Assembly (NCBI GenBank): GCA_004431415.1
Contig: QPMI01000282.1
Location: 24,314-88,313, forward strand
Direction: 5' to 3'
DNA length: 64,000 nucleotides
From: Cyanophora paradoxa CCMP329
Lineage: Eukaryota; Plantae; Glaucophyta
Position numbers and translations under genes: made by a program. The number at the start of each line of letters is the position of its first letter. Positions within the stretch are counted from its first letter, which is position 1. Positions 1 to 11,766 of the stretch are shown here, in pieces. A model generated the notes under the pieces. It was not told where the DNA came from, did not search any database, and saw nothing but the letters and a program-made list of their open reading frames with translations.

Positions 1-255
1 TTCGTGGACCTCGCCTCGGGCGAGGTGCAGTACCTCGAGTGCGAGTTCGAGCCCCGGCGGGTCGCCTTCGCCGCCGACGGCGTCCTCTACCTCGCCGAGG
101 AGCCGGCCCCCGCCACGATCGCGATCGCTGCGGGCCCGCCCCTCGCCGGCCTCCACCCGACGCCCCCGCCGGGGCCGCCCCCGCGCCAGTTCTCCACGAA
201 GGACCTGCAGCGCACCCTGCAGCAAGTCCGCGCCCTCTGCAAGCGCTACCAGTGA
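1..255 (+). CDS. 3' end (last exon) of a gene entering from the left edge; hypothetical, possibly ending in a beta-propeller blade
   Basis: GC3-rich frame FVDLASGEVQYLECEFEPRRVAFAADGVLYLAEE...LCKRYQ* ends at TGA 253-255 and is followed by AT-richer UTR-like sequence. VAFAADGVLYL resembles an NHL/propeller strand pair. Confidence 0.55.
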   Translation, partial: FVDLASGEVQYLECEFEPRRVAFAADGVLYLAEEPAPATIAIAAGPPLAGLHPTPPPGPPPRQFSTKDLQRTLQQVRALCKRYQ

Positions 256-760
256 CCCCTCCGGATCCGCATATGCATTTGAATTTCAACTTTCTCTCGC
301 CACTCGCTCGCCCGCACAGTACGCGTAGCTCAGCTCTAGTTTCACATTTTTCGTTTATAAGTAGTTCTTCGTCCCTTTCGGGAAGTCGACGTGCACAGCT
401 CCGGATCCCTGCGTTTATTTGAGATCGGGTTTGGGTTTCAATTGAACGTGTTGTACAGATATTTAGACTCAGTGACTGGCCATGGCCATGAGCGCACAAT
501 CCATTTTCTGCGTTCTTCGAATTCCGGGTTCGCAATCGGGACAGGCCAATGTATGTAGTTAGCCGCAGGCCGCGCGCGCAGCTGTTAGTTTTATATTAGG
601 CGCCTCGCTCAGGCAGATCGTTTAGGGGCAGCTGCAGGCCACCCCGGGCCCTGGGCTTTGGCTCAGGCGACCTGCCGTGCCTGCGATTTTGTAGTCGTAT
701 GTATATATGCTAAAGCTTCGATTCTGCTATTAAAACAACAAGTTGCGGCCTCGCGACCGG

Positions 761-2734
761 CTAGCCGGGCGGGTGTTCGATAGTGACGCCGGGGAGGGAG
801 CTCCGAATGGCCTTCAATACCCCTGGCGCCAGCGGCTTCATGCACGGAGTCTCCAGCACCAGCCTGCAGGGCGGCGCTTTAGCTTCTGAGGGGCGGGGGC
901 GGGGCCGGGGCCGGGGCGGCACCTGGCGAGGCGGGAGGCGAGGGCGGCTGCGGCGGGCCGCGGGGGCGGCGCGAGTTCGGCGCCGCGCAGCCTCAGCTTC
1001 CGGAGGGCCGTCAGATCCGTCGCCACGCGCTGCCGGCGGCTCAACTCGACCGCGCGCGCAGGGCGGCGCGTTCGCCGGCGAGCCGCGGGCGCGAAGCGCA
1101 CCGAGAGGAGGGCGGGCGGGGGGTCCCAGCTGAGCGAGAGAGTGTGGAGGCGCGTCAGGGAGGCCAGCGAGGCGTCCTGCATCTTTTTAAAGTACAGCTG
1201 GGGCGCGTGCAGGTTCAGGGCCTGCGCGGGCGCCGGCTCGTGAGGGGTACGCGGTCCAAGCGGGGCCGAGAGAGGCGCAGGAGGGGACCTCCAGGCGGGT
1301 GAGGCGGGGCAGAACCTCGTCCAGCTCGCCGCGCCTCCCGAAGGGCGTGTTGTGCTCGAACTCGAAGTTGAGGTCGAGGGTCCGCAGGCCGCCCGCGAGC
1401 GCCGGCGCCAGCAGCGCCCTGATGCGCACGTCCTGAAGAGGAACGGATCCGTCAGAGACGCGCGCGCGGGCGCGCGGGCGGGCGGGTGGCGCCGCGGGCT
1501 TGCACCGAGATGAAGTTGAGGCTGAGGTGCCGGAGGTCGGGCAGCTTGGACACGAACTCCGTGCTCGAGACGGGGAGCTCGAGGTGCAGCGCTGCGCCCG
1601 GCGCGCCCGGCCGTCAGCTCGGAGGGCGGGGCGTCGCGCGCGTCAGCTGCGGCGCGCACACTGGAGCTCGGTGAGGGCTGCGATGGGCCGGAGCATGGAA
1701 GCGTTGGCCACCTGGCCGTCCGTCCTCTCCTCCTCCTCGTCCTCCTCATCGAACTCGTCGTCGTCGTCGTCGTCGTTCAGCTCGTCGTTCTCCCAGAAGA
1801 ACGCACGGAGGCGCTGGAGGCGCCGGAGGCCGCCGAGGGCCGCGAGGATCGCGCAGACGTCGCCCGGGGCGGACGAGCTGAACTCCGCCCGCAGGGCCGC
1901 GAGCGCGGGGCAGGAGGCGGCGAGGGCGCGGAGGGTGGCGGCGGAGAGGGAGAAGCCGCCGATCTCGAGCTCCGTGAGACGCGGGAGGCTGGCGATGGCT
2001 GCGATCGAACCGTTGGCGGCAGCGAGGGCTGCTTTCCCTTCCCGAGACTCCTCTTCCTCCGAGGACAGCGGGACGCCGATCTTCACGCGAAGGGAGCGCA
2101 GGGCCCGCATGCGCGCGAGCAGGCCGAGAGATCGCACTGGCGCGAACAGGAGGGTGCCCGGGACGACGAGATCGAGCTCCTCGAGGCCCGCGGTGAGCGC
2201 CGCGTCGGCCGTGAGCGCCCGCAGCGCGCTGCCGCTCTCCGATGGAAACAGGGGAAGGACGAGCCGCAGCGCCCGCACGCCACGCCGGGCCTCCTCCCGC
2301 AGGCCCGCCAGCCACGCGAGCTGCGGACTGGAGTCCTTGCACATGTCCAGCGATGCTCCCTCCTCCCGCATTAGCTGCGCTACAACCTGCTCTTGAGACA
2401 TCCCAGCCACCTTCTCGCGATCGCTGTCGCTGACTTCCGCCGGTCGCTTGTCCTTGCTCGCATCTAGAAAGAGCCGCTGCCAGGCGACGCCCTCGTCGAG
2501 GGCTCGCTTGAACGCGCGGCACACGCTGCTAAGCTGTAGCCTCAGCGCTCGCTCTGGGTTGATGTAAGGCGGCCCGGCGAGCTCCTTTGCGCACGCATCC
2601 GCTTCCAGATCGCCCCGGCACAGCGGCGGCGCGGTGACCGCAGCCTGCGAGGCGGCGGCCTCGCACACAATGCGCGCCAGCACATCGCCCGGCAGCCGGA
2701 GCAGCGGGCAGTCGTCCTGCTGCGATTCGGACAT
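761..2734 (-). CDS. F-box-like/LRR (RNI-like) protein, tandem copy A, multi-exon
   Basis: N-terminus LLRLPGDVLARIV...LSSVCRAFKRAL (split F-box), then LxxLxL repeats (LEELDL, LRSLRV, LTELEI, LRTLDL, LTRLEV, LHTLSL, LRKLRL). Last exon RLVLETPCMKPLAPGVLKAIRSSLPGVTIEHPPG* ends at 761. Confidence 0.75.
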
Positions 2735-3082
2735 TCTATCTATTTAGAACTAGCTATAGTAACTGATTCACACGCGCATAACTAGAACAAGCACTTCCCG
2801 CGGTGCGCGCTCTTTGCATTCGCGTACCCCCAGCCGGAGGCTAGCCTGGCTAGAGGCGGCCGCGCGCGGCGGCGCCGGCGGGTGCCGGCGCTAGCGCTGT
2901 TCAGCTATAGCTAGCGCTTGCTATTGCAGCTAGTTCAGTGCACGTGCGCGTGCCGCAGTGCGGGGCCGCCCGCGACGATCTGCACTGGCATCGATATCTT
3001 GATAAATTAAAGCCTACTATAGCTAGCCCTAGCTCTGTACACTGCATCGTAATCTAGCATAATCGAAATTGACATCTCCGCG

Positions 3083-5133
3083 CTAAACGGCCGTGTACTC
3101 GACGGGGACGCCCGGGAGGGCGGCCTTGAACGCCTCGAGCGCCGCGGGCGCCAGCCGCTTCCTGCGCGGAGTCTCCAGCACCAGCCTGCGGGGCGACGCT
3201 TAAGCTTCTGAGGGGCGCGGGCGGGGCCGGGGCCGGGAGCGGCACCTGGCGAGGCGGGAGGCGAGCGCGGCGGCGGCGGGCGGCGAGGGCGGCGCGAGGG
3301 CGGCGCCGCGCAGCTTCAGCTCCCGAAGCGTCGTCAGCTCCGTCGCCACACGCTGCCAGCGGCTGAGCGAGGCGGGCCGGCGCGCGGGCTGCAAGCCCTG
3401 CGAGCGGTCGCGAGCGCACCAAGAAGAGGGCGGCTGGGGGCTCCCAGCCGAGCGAGAGGACCCGCAGGCGGCTCAGCGGGGCCAGCGGGGCGCCGGCGAG
3501 CACCTCGAGGTACGGCTCGGGCGCCTGCAGACCGAGGGCCTGCGCGCCTGCGCGTGAGGGGTACGCGCACAGCGCCCGGGGAGGAGGCGGGGAACCTCGA
3601 GGCGGGTGAGGAGGGGTACGACCTCGTCCAGCCGCCCGGGCCGCCCGTCCCCCTCGTGCTCGAAGCCGAAGTTGAGCTGGAGCGTCCGCAGGCCGCCGGC
3701 GAGCGCCGGCGCGGCCAGCGGGCGCACGTCGACGTCCTGCGAGCGACGGCGCGTCACGCTCGGAGGCGCTCGGCGGTCCAGTGCCGACGAGCGCGGCGCA
3801 CGGAGCCGAAGCTGAGGCTGAGGTGCTCGAGGCCGGGCAGCTTGGACACGAACTCCGTGCTCGAGACGGGGAGCTCCAGGTGCAGCGCTGCGCCCGGCGC
3901 GCAGTCAGAGGAGGATGGGGAGCTCCAGGTGCAGCCCGGAGCAGGCGAAGGGGGAGCAGGGAAGAGGGGCGCGGCGCGGCGCGGAGCGCACACTGGAGCT
4001 CGGTGAGGGAGGCGAGGGGCCGGAGGGCGGCAGAGTCCGCTCGAAGCGGGTCGAACGCGTCGTCGTCGCTGAAGTTCGCAGAGAGGCGGCGGAGGCGCCG
4101 GAGGCCTCCCATCGCCTCGAGGAGCGCGCGGACGTCGCCGGGCGCGGACGGGCTGAACTCCGCCCGCAGGGCCGTGAGCGCGGGGCAGGAGGCGGCGACG
4201 GCGCGGACGGTGGCGGCGGAGAGGGAGAAGCCGCCGATCTCGAGCTCCGCGAGACGCGGAAGGCTGGCGATGGCCACGATCGAATCGTTGGCGGCTGCGA
4301 CGGCCGTTTTCGCTTTGCCGCTGTCTTCCTCGCTCGGCTCCATTGGCGAGCCCACGGAGAAGCGGAGGGAGCGCAGGGCCCGCATGCTCGCGAGGAGGCG
4401 GAGCGATTTCAGCGGCGCGAAGAAAAGGTTCCCCGGAGCGACGAGGTCGAGCTCCTCGAGGCCCGCGGCGAGCGCCGCGTCGGCCGTGAGCGCCCGCAGC
4501 GCGCTGGCGCTTTGCGACGGCCATTTGGGGAGGACGAATCGAATCGCCCGCACGCGCCGCCGCGTCTCCTCCCGAAGGCCCGCCAGCCACGCGAGCTGCA
4601 GGCCGGAGTCCTTGAGCATGCCGGGGTCGATGCGCATGTCGGCGGCGGCGGCCGCGGCCGGCGCCGCTCCCTCAACCTGGGCCTCGGCGGGCTCCTCCTG
4701 CATAAACTGCAATTGCAGTAGCTCCTGCTACCGGGTCATCGCGGCCGCCTTGAGAAAGCGCGGCAGGAACGAGGCTCACGCGTGCGCTGTCGTTGAACAT
4801 CGAAGAGAGGAGAAGGACGAAGAAAGTCGCATCCGCAGATTCGGCCGTCGTCTCCTTGTGGTCGAGAAAGAGCCGCTGCCAGGCCACGCCCTCGTCGAGG
4901 ACCCGCTTGAACGCACGGCATACACTGCTAAGCTGCAGCCTCAGCGCTCGCTCTGGGTTGATGTAAGGCGGCCCGGCGAGCTCCTTTGCGCACGCATCCG
5001 CTTCCAGATCGCCCCGGCACAGAGGCGGCGCGGTGACCGCAGCCTGCGAGGCGGCGGCCTCGCACACGATGCGCGCCAGCACATCGCCCGGCAGCCGGAG
5101 CAGCGGGCAGTCGTCCTGCTGCGGCTGGAGCAT
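3083..5133 (-). CDS. F-box-like/LRR protein, tandem copy B, multi-exon
   Basis: Paralogue of 761-2734 with a near-identical first ~85 codons. Needs an intron at 4779-4725 (GTGAGC...TAGCAG) to stay in frame. Last exon RLVLETPRRKRLAPAALEAFKAALPGVPVEYTAV* ends at 3083. Confidence 0.72.
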
Positions 5134-5496
5134 CCCAGCTAGCTATAGCTGACTGAGCGCATGACCGACGTCGACCAGTTCACTTAAGCTTGCCCCTACC
5201 CCGGCCCCCGGCGCCGCCGCGCCGGCCTCGGGGCCGGCCTTTCCTCAGGGCGTCAGCGCACTGGCCCCGCATGCGCAGACGGCTCGTCCGCATGCAAAAG
5301 AGGCGTCTGGCTGCTGCACTGTGATCGTTGAATTATTCATCAAGAGATTGAAAGACCTAGCTCTAGCTCTACACTTGTACACTGCGTGAAATGCGCAGGA
5401 AAACCATCGTGAAACGCGCAAGGAAACAAGCAACGCATGAAAGTTACTCTACAAGGGGAGCCGCTGGCAAGCAGGCGGCCGGGCGGCGGCCGCGCC

Positions 5497-7740
5497 TCAT
5501 CCCGCGCCCAGCGCGATCTGCTCTCGGGACTCTCTCCTCCTGACTCCGCAGGCGGGAAACGCGTCCGCTCCCGTCCGCACCCCAGCGCTCGCCTCGCCCG
5601 ACTCGCCGTCCGTGTCCGTCTCTGTGTCGCTCTCGCTGCCGCCGCCGCCGCCGCCGGGCGCCGCCACCGCCGCCGCCGCCGCCATCGCCGCTGCTGCCGC
5701 CGCCACCGCTGTTGCTGCTGCCGCCGCCCGCCCGTTGCCCTCGCGCTTGATGACGATGCCGTTGGGCATGGGTACGATGCTGGGGCCGGCGGCCGCGCGC
5801 TGCTGTTCCCTCTGCTGCTCCCGCTGCCTCGCCCGCGCCAGCTCCGACCGCAGCACCCTGACTTCCTCCTCCAGCCTCGACCGCTCCTGCCTCTCTACGC
5901 CCAGCAGCTCCTGGACCTGCGCCGGCGCGTTCGTTCGAGCCCGGGAGCGCCCACCGGCCGCAGGTGCGGGGGACGAGACCGGACCTTGTATCTGCGGCGA
6001 GCGGGGGTGAGGCGCGCGGGCGCGGCGGGGCGGGGCGTGGCGGGCGCCGCGGCGCGCACCGGCTCTCTTCTTCCGTCCGCAGTCGCGACGCAAGGGCGCG
6101 GACTTCAGAGTCGGCCCGCGGCCTCTGCGCGGGGCGGTTCGGCGGCGCGCGCGGCGAGGGGCGGAGTGGGGCGCACGGGGTCGGATTCGTGGTTGTGAGA
6201 GGAGGCGGCGAGCTGGGCGGCGGCGGAGGCTCGGAAGGCATCGAGGCCCTGAGCCGGCGGGGAGGTCAGCTGCGGGGCGGCCCGGGGAGGGCGGCGGTGG
6301 GAGGTGGCGCGCGCACGGAGGCGAGGGCGCGGGCGAGGCGGGCGAGGCGGCGGGCGAGGGCGAGGGCGCTAGGGGGGTTCCGGGCCTGCATGTGGAGCAG
6401 CGCCTCAAACTCGCTGTCCGGCAGGGCCAGCAGCCCGAGGCCGCAGCGGCCCCCCGCACCCGCCTCGCCCCGGGCGCTCGGGCCGCCCTCGCTCTGACCC
6501 GACGCGTCATCCCCCTCTTCGTCGTCCCCCGCGGAGCGCCCACCCCGGCCCCGCCCGCCCTCGCTCCGAGACCGCTTCCTCCCGGCCTCGCGCCGAGAGA
6601 CACTGCTGCTGCGCCCTCGGGGGGATGTTGGCGCGGCCTCTGCTGCTGCAGCGGCCGACGTCAAGGCATCCATTCCGCCCCTTCCGGACGAGCCAAAGTG
6701 CTGCGCCGGCGCCGCGAGGTCAGGCGCATGCACGCGAGACAACGCGTGCGCGCGGCCTGCGGACCCTGGCGTCGGGCTCTTCCGTCTCATCTCGGGGTCG
6801 ATCCTCAACCGAGTCTGGAAAGGAATAACGCGGTACTGTGAGCAGGCGCACGGTTAGAGAGGCGGACCGACGGCGTCATAGTGAAATCGCTAAATGTCTC
6901 GGGAAAACGGCATGAGCGCGGCCTTCTGGGCTGACAGAAAGCTCTATTTGGATGTGCAGCAGGTTGCAAACCGTAGTCCGTGTCGATCGTGGTGTCTGGA
7001 TCGTGAGCGCAGGCCTGTGCAATCGCGTTGTCATACTGGCTCTGCGCGCCAGCTCGGTGAGCGCTGAATGAGCGTGTGAATAAGCACAAGCATGCTTGCC
7101 TGCATCTTTTTCAACACTCGCTGCGGGAGGCAGGCGCGATGCGCAGGCTGGTGAGCGCGGCGAAGGTGGGAGCCAGAGAAGATGAGAGCAGGTACCTTTG
7201 CAAACTCGTCAGTCCTGCCGTTAAAGATCCAGCAATTGCCTGTGCGCGCGTTGATCCACGATCTGCGCAGGCGTAGCGGTCAGCGGCAAGAAGTGCGGTC
7301 AACATGATAAGACCAAGGGTTGGAGATCGGGGCTTAAGCGCCGCTACGAGCAAGATCAAACAAAGACACTTACACCTGGCCAGTGCCGTACCTGCGCAGA
7401 TGCGGGCGGAAGGGAGATCCGGCGGTCAGGGATGTTTGCAGAACGGAGAATCCGAACCGCGAGAGAACGCGGCACGGGGGAAGGAGGAAAAGAGACAGAA
7501 GTGTAAATAACGATGAATCTTAAACGCGCGAACGAACCATTGCACGAGGAAGTGAGAGTCGCTTCCTCTCGATCTGGGCCGGTTGGGGACGTCGGTCCCG
7601 ATGACGTCTCTGTGGGCATCGGGGTCCCGAACGATGCAAGGCCACGCCGGGTAGCCGCTGAGCTGCACCCACAACTTCGTATTCGGCGCTGGGCATATTT
7701 CGGACGGCAGCTTGTGAGGCACTTCGGCCTCCTGTGCCAT
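5497..7740 (-). CDS. PWWP-domain protein with C-terminal coiled coil and Ala-rich tail (putative chromatin reader)
   Basis: KLWVQLSGYPAWPCIVRDP...HFLVQWF (~7677-7535) matches the PWWP core, and a later exon SQYDNAIAQA fits its terminal helix. Downstream exons encode ERQERSRLEEEVRVLRSEL. Start codon (7740 or 7764) and the link between 5' and 3' exons are uncertain. Confidence 0.6.
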
Positions 7741-8031
7741 CGCCCTCGACTGCGCGGCGCGCATCGTGAGCAGCGCGTATCGGGCGGGGGCGGCGCGGTC
7801 AAACAAGCGCGGGCGAACCTTTTTTCGACGGTCTGGGTACAGGAGAAAATCGACCAATTCGTAGATCGCCAGCCGACCAGCGGGGTTGGCCATAAAAGGT
7901 TGGCGGCGATGCACGCGTTCTGCGCCGTCCCCGCCGGGGCACTCGTGCGGCGCCGGCTGGCCTTCTTCTCCGGTGAGCTGCAGCCAGCAAGCGCAATCAG
8001 ACGGGAGCGGTGGCCGCGGCAAGAGAGGTCG

Positions 8032-10644
8032 ATGATCATGGTCAGCAGCGCGCCCGCCACAGACGAGCGCGCCGGCTCCGGAGCGGCGGAAAGACCCGAC
8101 ACCAACGATAGGCGCGACGGCTCTCGGTATCTCGTCGACGGTTTCGCGCCGGTTCGTGCATCCGCGCCGCGAGCCGGCGCGCCCTCTCCCGGACGCGCGC
8201 CACTAAGACGTACGCAGGTCATGAGAGAGGTGCAGGGGGAGAACCTGAAGGTCATTGGCGAGCTGCCCCGCGATCTGAACGGTGAGCTTTTTGCTGACTC
8301 AGCTGGCTCGGCCTCTCGCCCGCTCCGATGAGAGAGCTCGAGCGCCCGGCGGTGTCGAACGTGTAGCACGTGCACTTGCGCCCGCTGACGAGTACGCGTG
8401 CGGTCCGCGCGCGCGCAGGGGTATACCTGCGAAACGGGCCGAACCCAGCGTTCCCCACGAAGCCCTACCACTGGTTCGACGGAGACGGGCACCTTCACGC
8501 GGTCCGCTTCGCCGCAGGCGAGGCTTCCTACTCGAACCGGTACCCCGCCCCCGCCCCCGCCCCCACCCCCGCCTGGGCCCCTGGCCCGCCCTCGACCGAC
8601 GCCCCGCCCGAAGCTTCGTGAGGACGAGGGGGTACGAGATGGAGCGGGCGGCGGGGCGGGCCCTGTGGGAGTCTTTCATCGGGCAGGAGTCGCTGGGCCC
8701 CGGGGGCATGTTGCGGGCCCTTGGGGGCGCCCTCCGCACGGGCGAAATCGCCAAGAACGCCGCCAACACGTCCGTCGTGCACCACCACGGGAGAACGTTC
8801 GCCCTCTGGGAGGCAGGCGCGCGTCTCTGTCTTCGGGGCGCGCGCGATCTTCTCACACTCGCAGCTTCGCAGGCCCGCCTACGGAGATGCGGCTCCGCCG
8901 CGGGGCGCGCTCGGCAGTGGATTTTGAGACTGTCGGACCCTACAGCTTCGCGGGGCAAGGCTGGAACGGTCCGCCCCTGTACCCCCCGACGCACCTTGCC
9001 CCCGCGCGCGCCTGAGGCGGGGCGGGGGGGTAGGCCCCTTCACCGCGCACCCGAAGGTGGATCCCGTCACAGGGGAGATGATCGCGATCGTGCGCGCCCC
9101 GCTCGGATTCGATCGAGGGGTCGGGGGGGGGTACCGACCGACCGGGCGCAGGGGTACGGCAACTTCCCGGGGCCCTTCGTCTCGCACGGCGTCGTCGGGC
9201 CGGACGGACGGTGCGGCGTGGGCGGTCCCAAAGGGTCGCCGCGACGCGCAGCGTCGCGCAGCGCCGCCGCTGAAACCGGCCACGCCCGGCGGCAGCGTCA
9301 CGCACCAGACGCGCGTGGAGGTGGCTGGCCAGCCCATGATCGTGCGTACCCCGTGCTTAACGGTGTACCCACCCTTCCAACGTCCTGCTCCCAGCACGAC
9401 TTCGCGATCACGGAGCGCTACAGCATCATCCCCGACCTGGTACCCCGGTACCCCTATCGCAATCACGTACCCCTCCGATGTGGTCTGCCGGCGGCAGCCG
9501 TTCCTTATCGACCTTGGCGCCGGCTTCGCGGGCCGGCCGCACCTCTACTTTGACGCGGGGCGGCCCGCCCGCTTCGGCGTCTTGCCCCGGCGCGCCCCCG
9601 GCTCGGAGATCCGGTGCGCTGCCGCCATGCTTCTTTCCGCGTACCCCCCTCCCCTCCGTCTGAGCCATCTGATCCGAAGGTGGTTCGAGGCGCCTTCCTG
9701 CTTCGTCTTCCACTTCCTGAACGGTGCGCCGGGCCGGGTGGGCGGGCGGCAGGACCCGGGATCGAATCCCGAAGCCCGCATTGAGGGAACTCGCCGCCCC
9801 CGCAGCCTACGAGGAGGGCGACGAGGTCGTCGTCGTCGGGTGCAGGTCCGGTACCCCCTCCACTGCGCCCCTTTCTCCCTCCTGAACGCCGTACCCCCAG
9901 GTACCGGAGCATGGACCTGCAGATGATCGCGGACGCGGGGGACCGGGACCGGGGCGCCCAGCTCCACGAGTGGCGCCTCGACCTCGCCTCGGGCGCGGTG
10001 CGCGCTCGCTGGCTTTGCGGCCAGGTCGCTTTTAAGCTTGGCGTTGTCTTTCGGTTGAGGGGCGTACCCCCGCGCAGGTCCGGGAGCGGCAGCTCGACCC
10101 CTCGACGACCGAGTACCCCATCGTGTCTCCCGCCGTCGCCGGCCGGCCCTTCCGGTGGCGTACCCCCCTCCCCTTTTGCACCTGTTTCTGAAGTTCTCTT
10201 ACCCGCTCTCTCTGAAGGTACGGGTACCTTGCGAGGACGAACCCGCGGCTCACGAAGATCGTGGGGGTACGGAAAGTGGACCTGCAGGCGGGTACCGCCG
10301 ACGAGCATATGTTCGAGCCCGGCCTCTACGCCGGAGAGCCCCTCTTCGTACCCCGACCGGACGGTCCGCCCCTGTACCCCCCTGCCCCGCCTTCCCCCGC
10401 CTGAAGGGGCCGCAGGGACGGCGGAGGACGATGGGTACGTCATTACGCTCGCCCACGACGACTCCCGGGAGACCTCTGAGGTCCGCGCCGCCGAGAAAGC
10501 CGTACCCCCGCCCCCGAATCTCACTACCCCCCTCCCCAGGCGCTGGTGTACGACGCGGGGCGTGTGGCGGCGGGCCCCGTGGCGCGCGTGCAGCTGCCGA
10601 ACCGCGTCCCGTACGGCTTCCACGGCACTTTTGTCCCCGAGTAG
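8032..10644 (+). CDS. Carotenoid cleavage oxygenase / RPE65 superfamily dioxygenase, many short exons
   Basis: Spliced motifs YLVDGFAPV, VIGELPRDLNGVYLRNGPNP, HWFDGDG, NAANTSVV, FTAHPKVDPVTGE, MIHDFAITERY, FVFHFLNAYEEG, EYP, GEPLFVP, EDDGY, RVPYGFHGTF. All four Fe-binding His are present. Stop TAG 10642-10644. Confidence 0.92.
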
Positions 10645-10883
10645 CTTAGCTTTACCGCCTGCGCTCCACGTCCATCGAATCAATTCTCCACTCTCAATTC
10701 CCGCGCACCCCAGGCCTTTCCCCGGCCTGGCCCCGGCCCCAGCCCCTCTCTCTTGTTCGCTATCCGGGATCCCAAGCTTTCTAGCTCCGGTCCTCTTGCT
10801 GTCGAAACGTCCTGCTTGCAATGCACTGTACAGTTGTGTGGCTACACGTCTACGCCTGCCCAGAGCTCGGCGCCGGCCCAGGC

Positions 10884-11664
10884 CTAGGCGCGGCTGGCCC
10901 AGACGTCGCGCACGGCATCCTTCCGCTGCTGCTTCTCCGCCTCCTCCCGCTCCCGCTTCAGCTGCACCTGCGCGCCGCGCCGCGTCACGCGCGCAGGCGA
11001 AGCGCCGGCGTGCGGCGTGCGCGCGCGCGCACGTCGCGCTCCCGCTTTGCGAGCGCCTCGGCCTCGCGCTGCGCCTCCTCGTCCCGCGCCCGTTGCTCCG
11101 CCGCCATCCTCTCCTGCCGCTTGCGCTGCCGGCGCGAGGCGCCGCTCGGTCACGCGAGGAAGGGGCGCGGAGGGCCCCGCGGATCAAATCGGACCTCGAG
11201 CTCCCGCATGTTCTCCTCCCGCCTGTGCTCGGCCGCCTCGGCGATTGCGTCCCTGTTCGGCCGGCGCGTCGCCCCCGGCCTCGCCTCTCCGCCTGCGCGC
11301 GCGTCCCAATGAGAGAAGCCGGAAAGCGGAGCGGAGCGGAGGTCCAGGACGCTGTCAACCGAGCGCACGTACCGAGCCTGTGGCCTGCGTCGATTCCTGG
11401 CGCCCGTGCGTCCATGCTCCGGCTTCTGTCTGATGTCTTAGAATGCAGCCAAGCGCTCGCCGCTGCGGTTTCCGACCTGCTCGGCCCCGCTGCTGCGCCG
11501 CCTCGCGCCCCTCTTCCCGCGCCGGCCGCCGCCGCTGCTCCTCGGCTCGTAGATCTTCCTCTCCCCGCTCCCGCTCCTCCTCGTGCTGCGCCGCCCCTCG
11601 CTGCTGGCGCAACTGCTGGTTCTGGTTCGGGCACCTCGTCAGCGGCGCGTAAGGGTCCCTGCAT
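10884..11664 (-). CDS. Hypothetical coiled-coil protein, multi-exon
   Basis: Exons AEAAEHRREENMRELE / RQRKRQERMAAEQRARDEEAQREAEALAKRERD / VQLKREREEAEKQQRKDAVRDVWASRA* joined by GT-AG introns. Confidence 0.55.
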
Positions 11665-11766
11665 GGTCGCGGGAAGCGCGTACGTTGCACGAGCGATCGC
11701 GTGGGCCTCGCCGGAGCCGCCCTGCTCATTCAAGCGAAGCTGAGGCGGGTACAAGCAAAAGCCAGC

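Noticed and set aside
9505-11754. Long ORFs of 749 aa (-) and 610 aa (+), and many similar Arg/Ala/Pro/Gly-rich ORFs across the window
   Set aside because: Shadow frames caused by high GC. They overlap spliced genes with recognisable motifs and have no domain signal.
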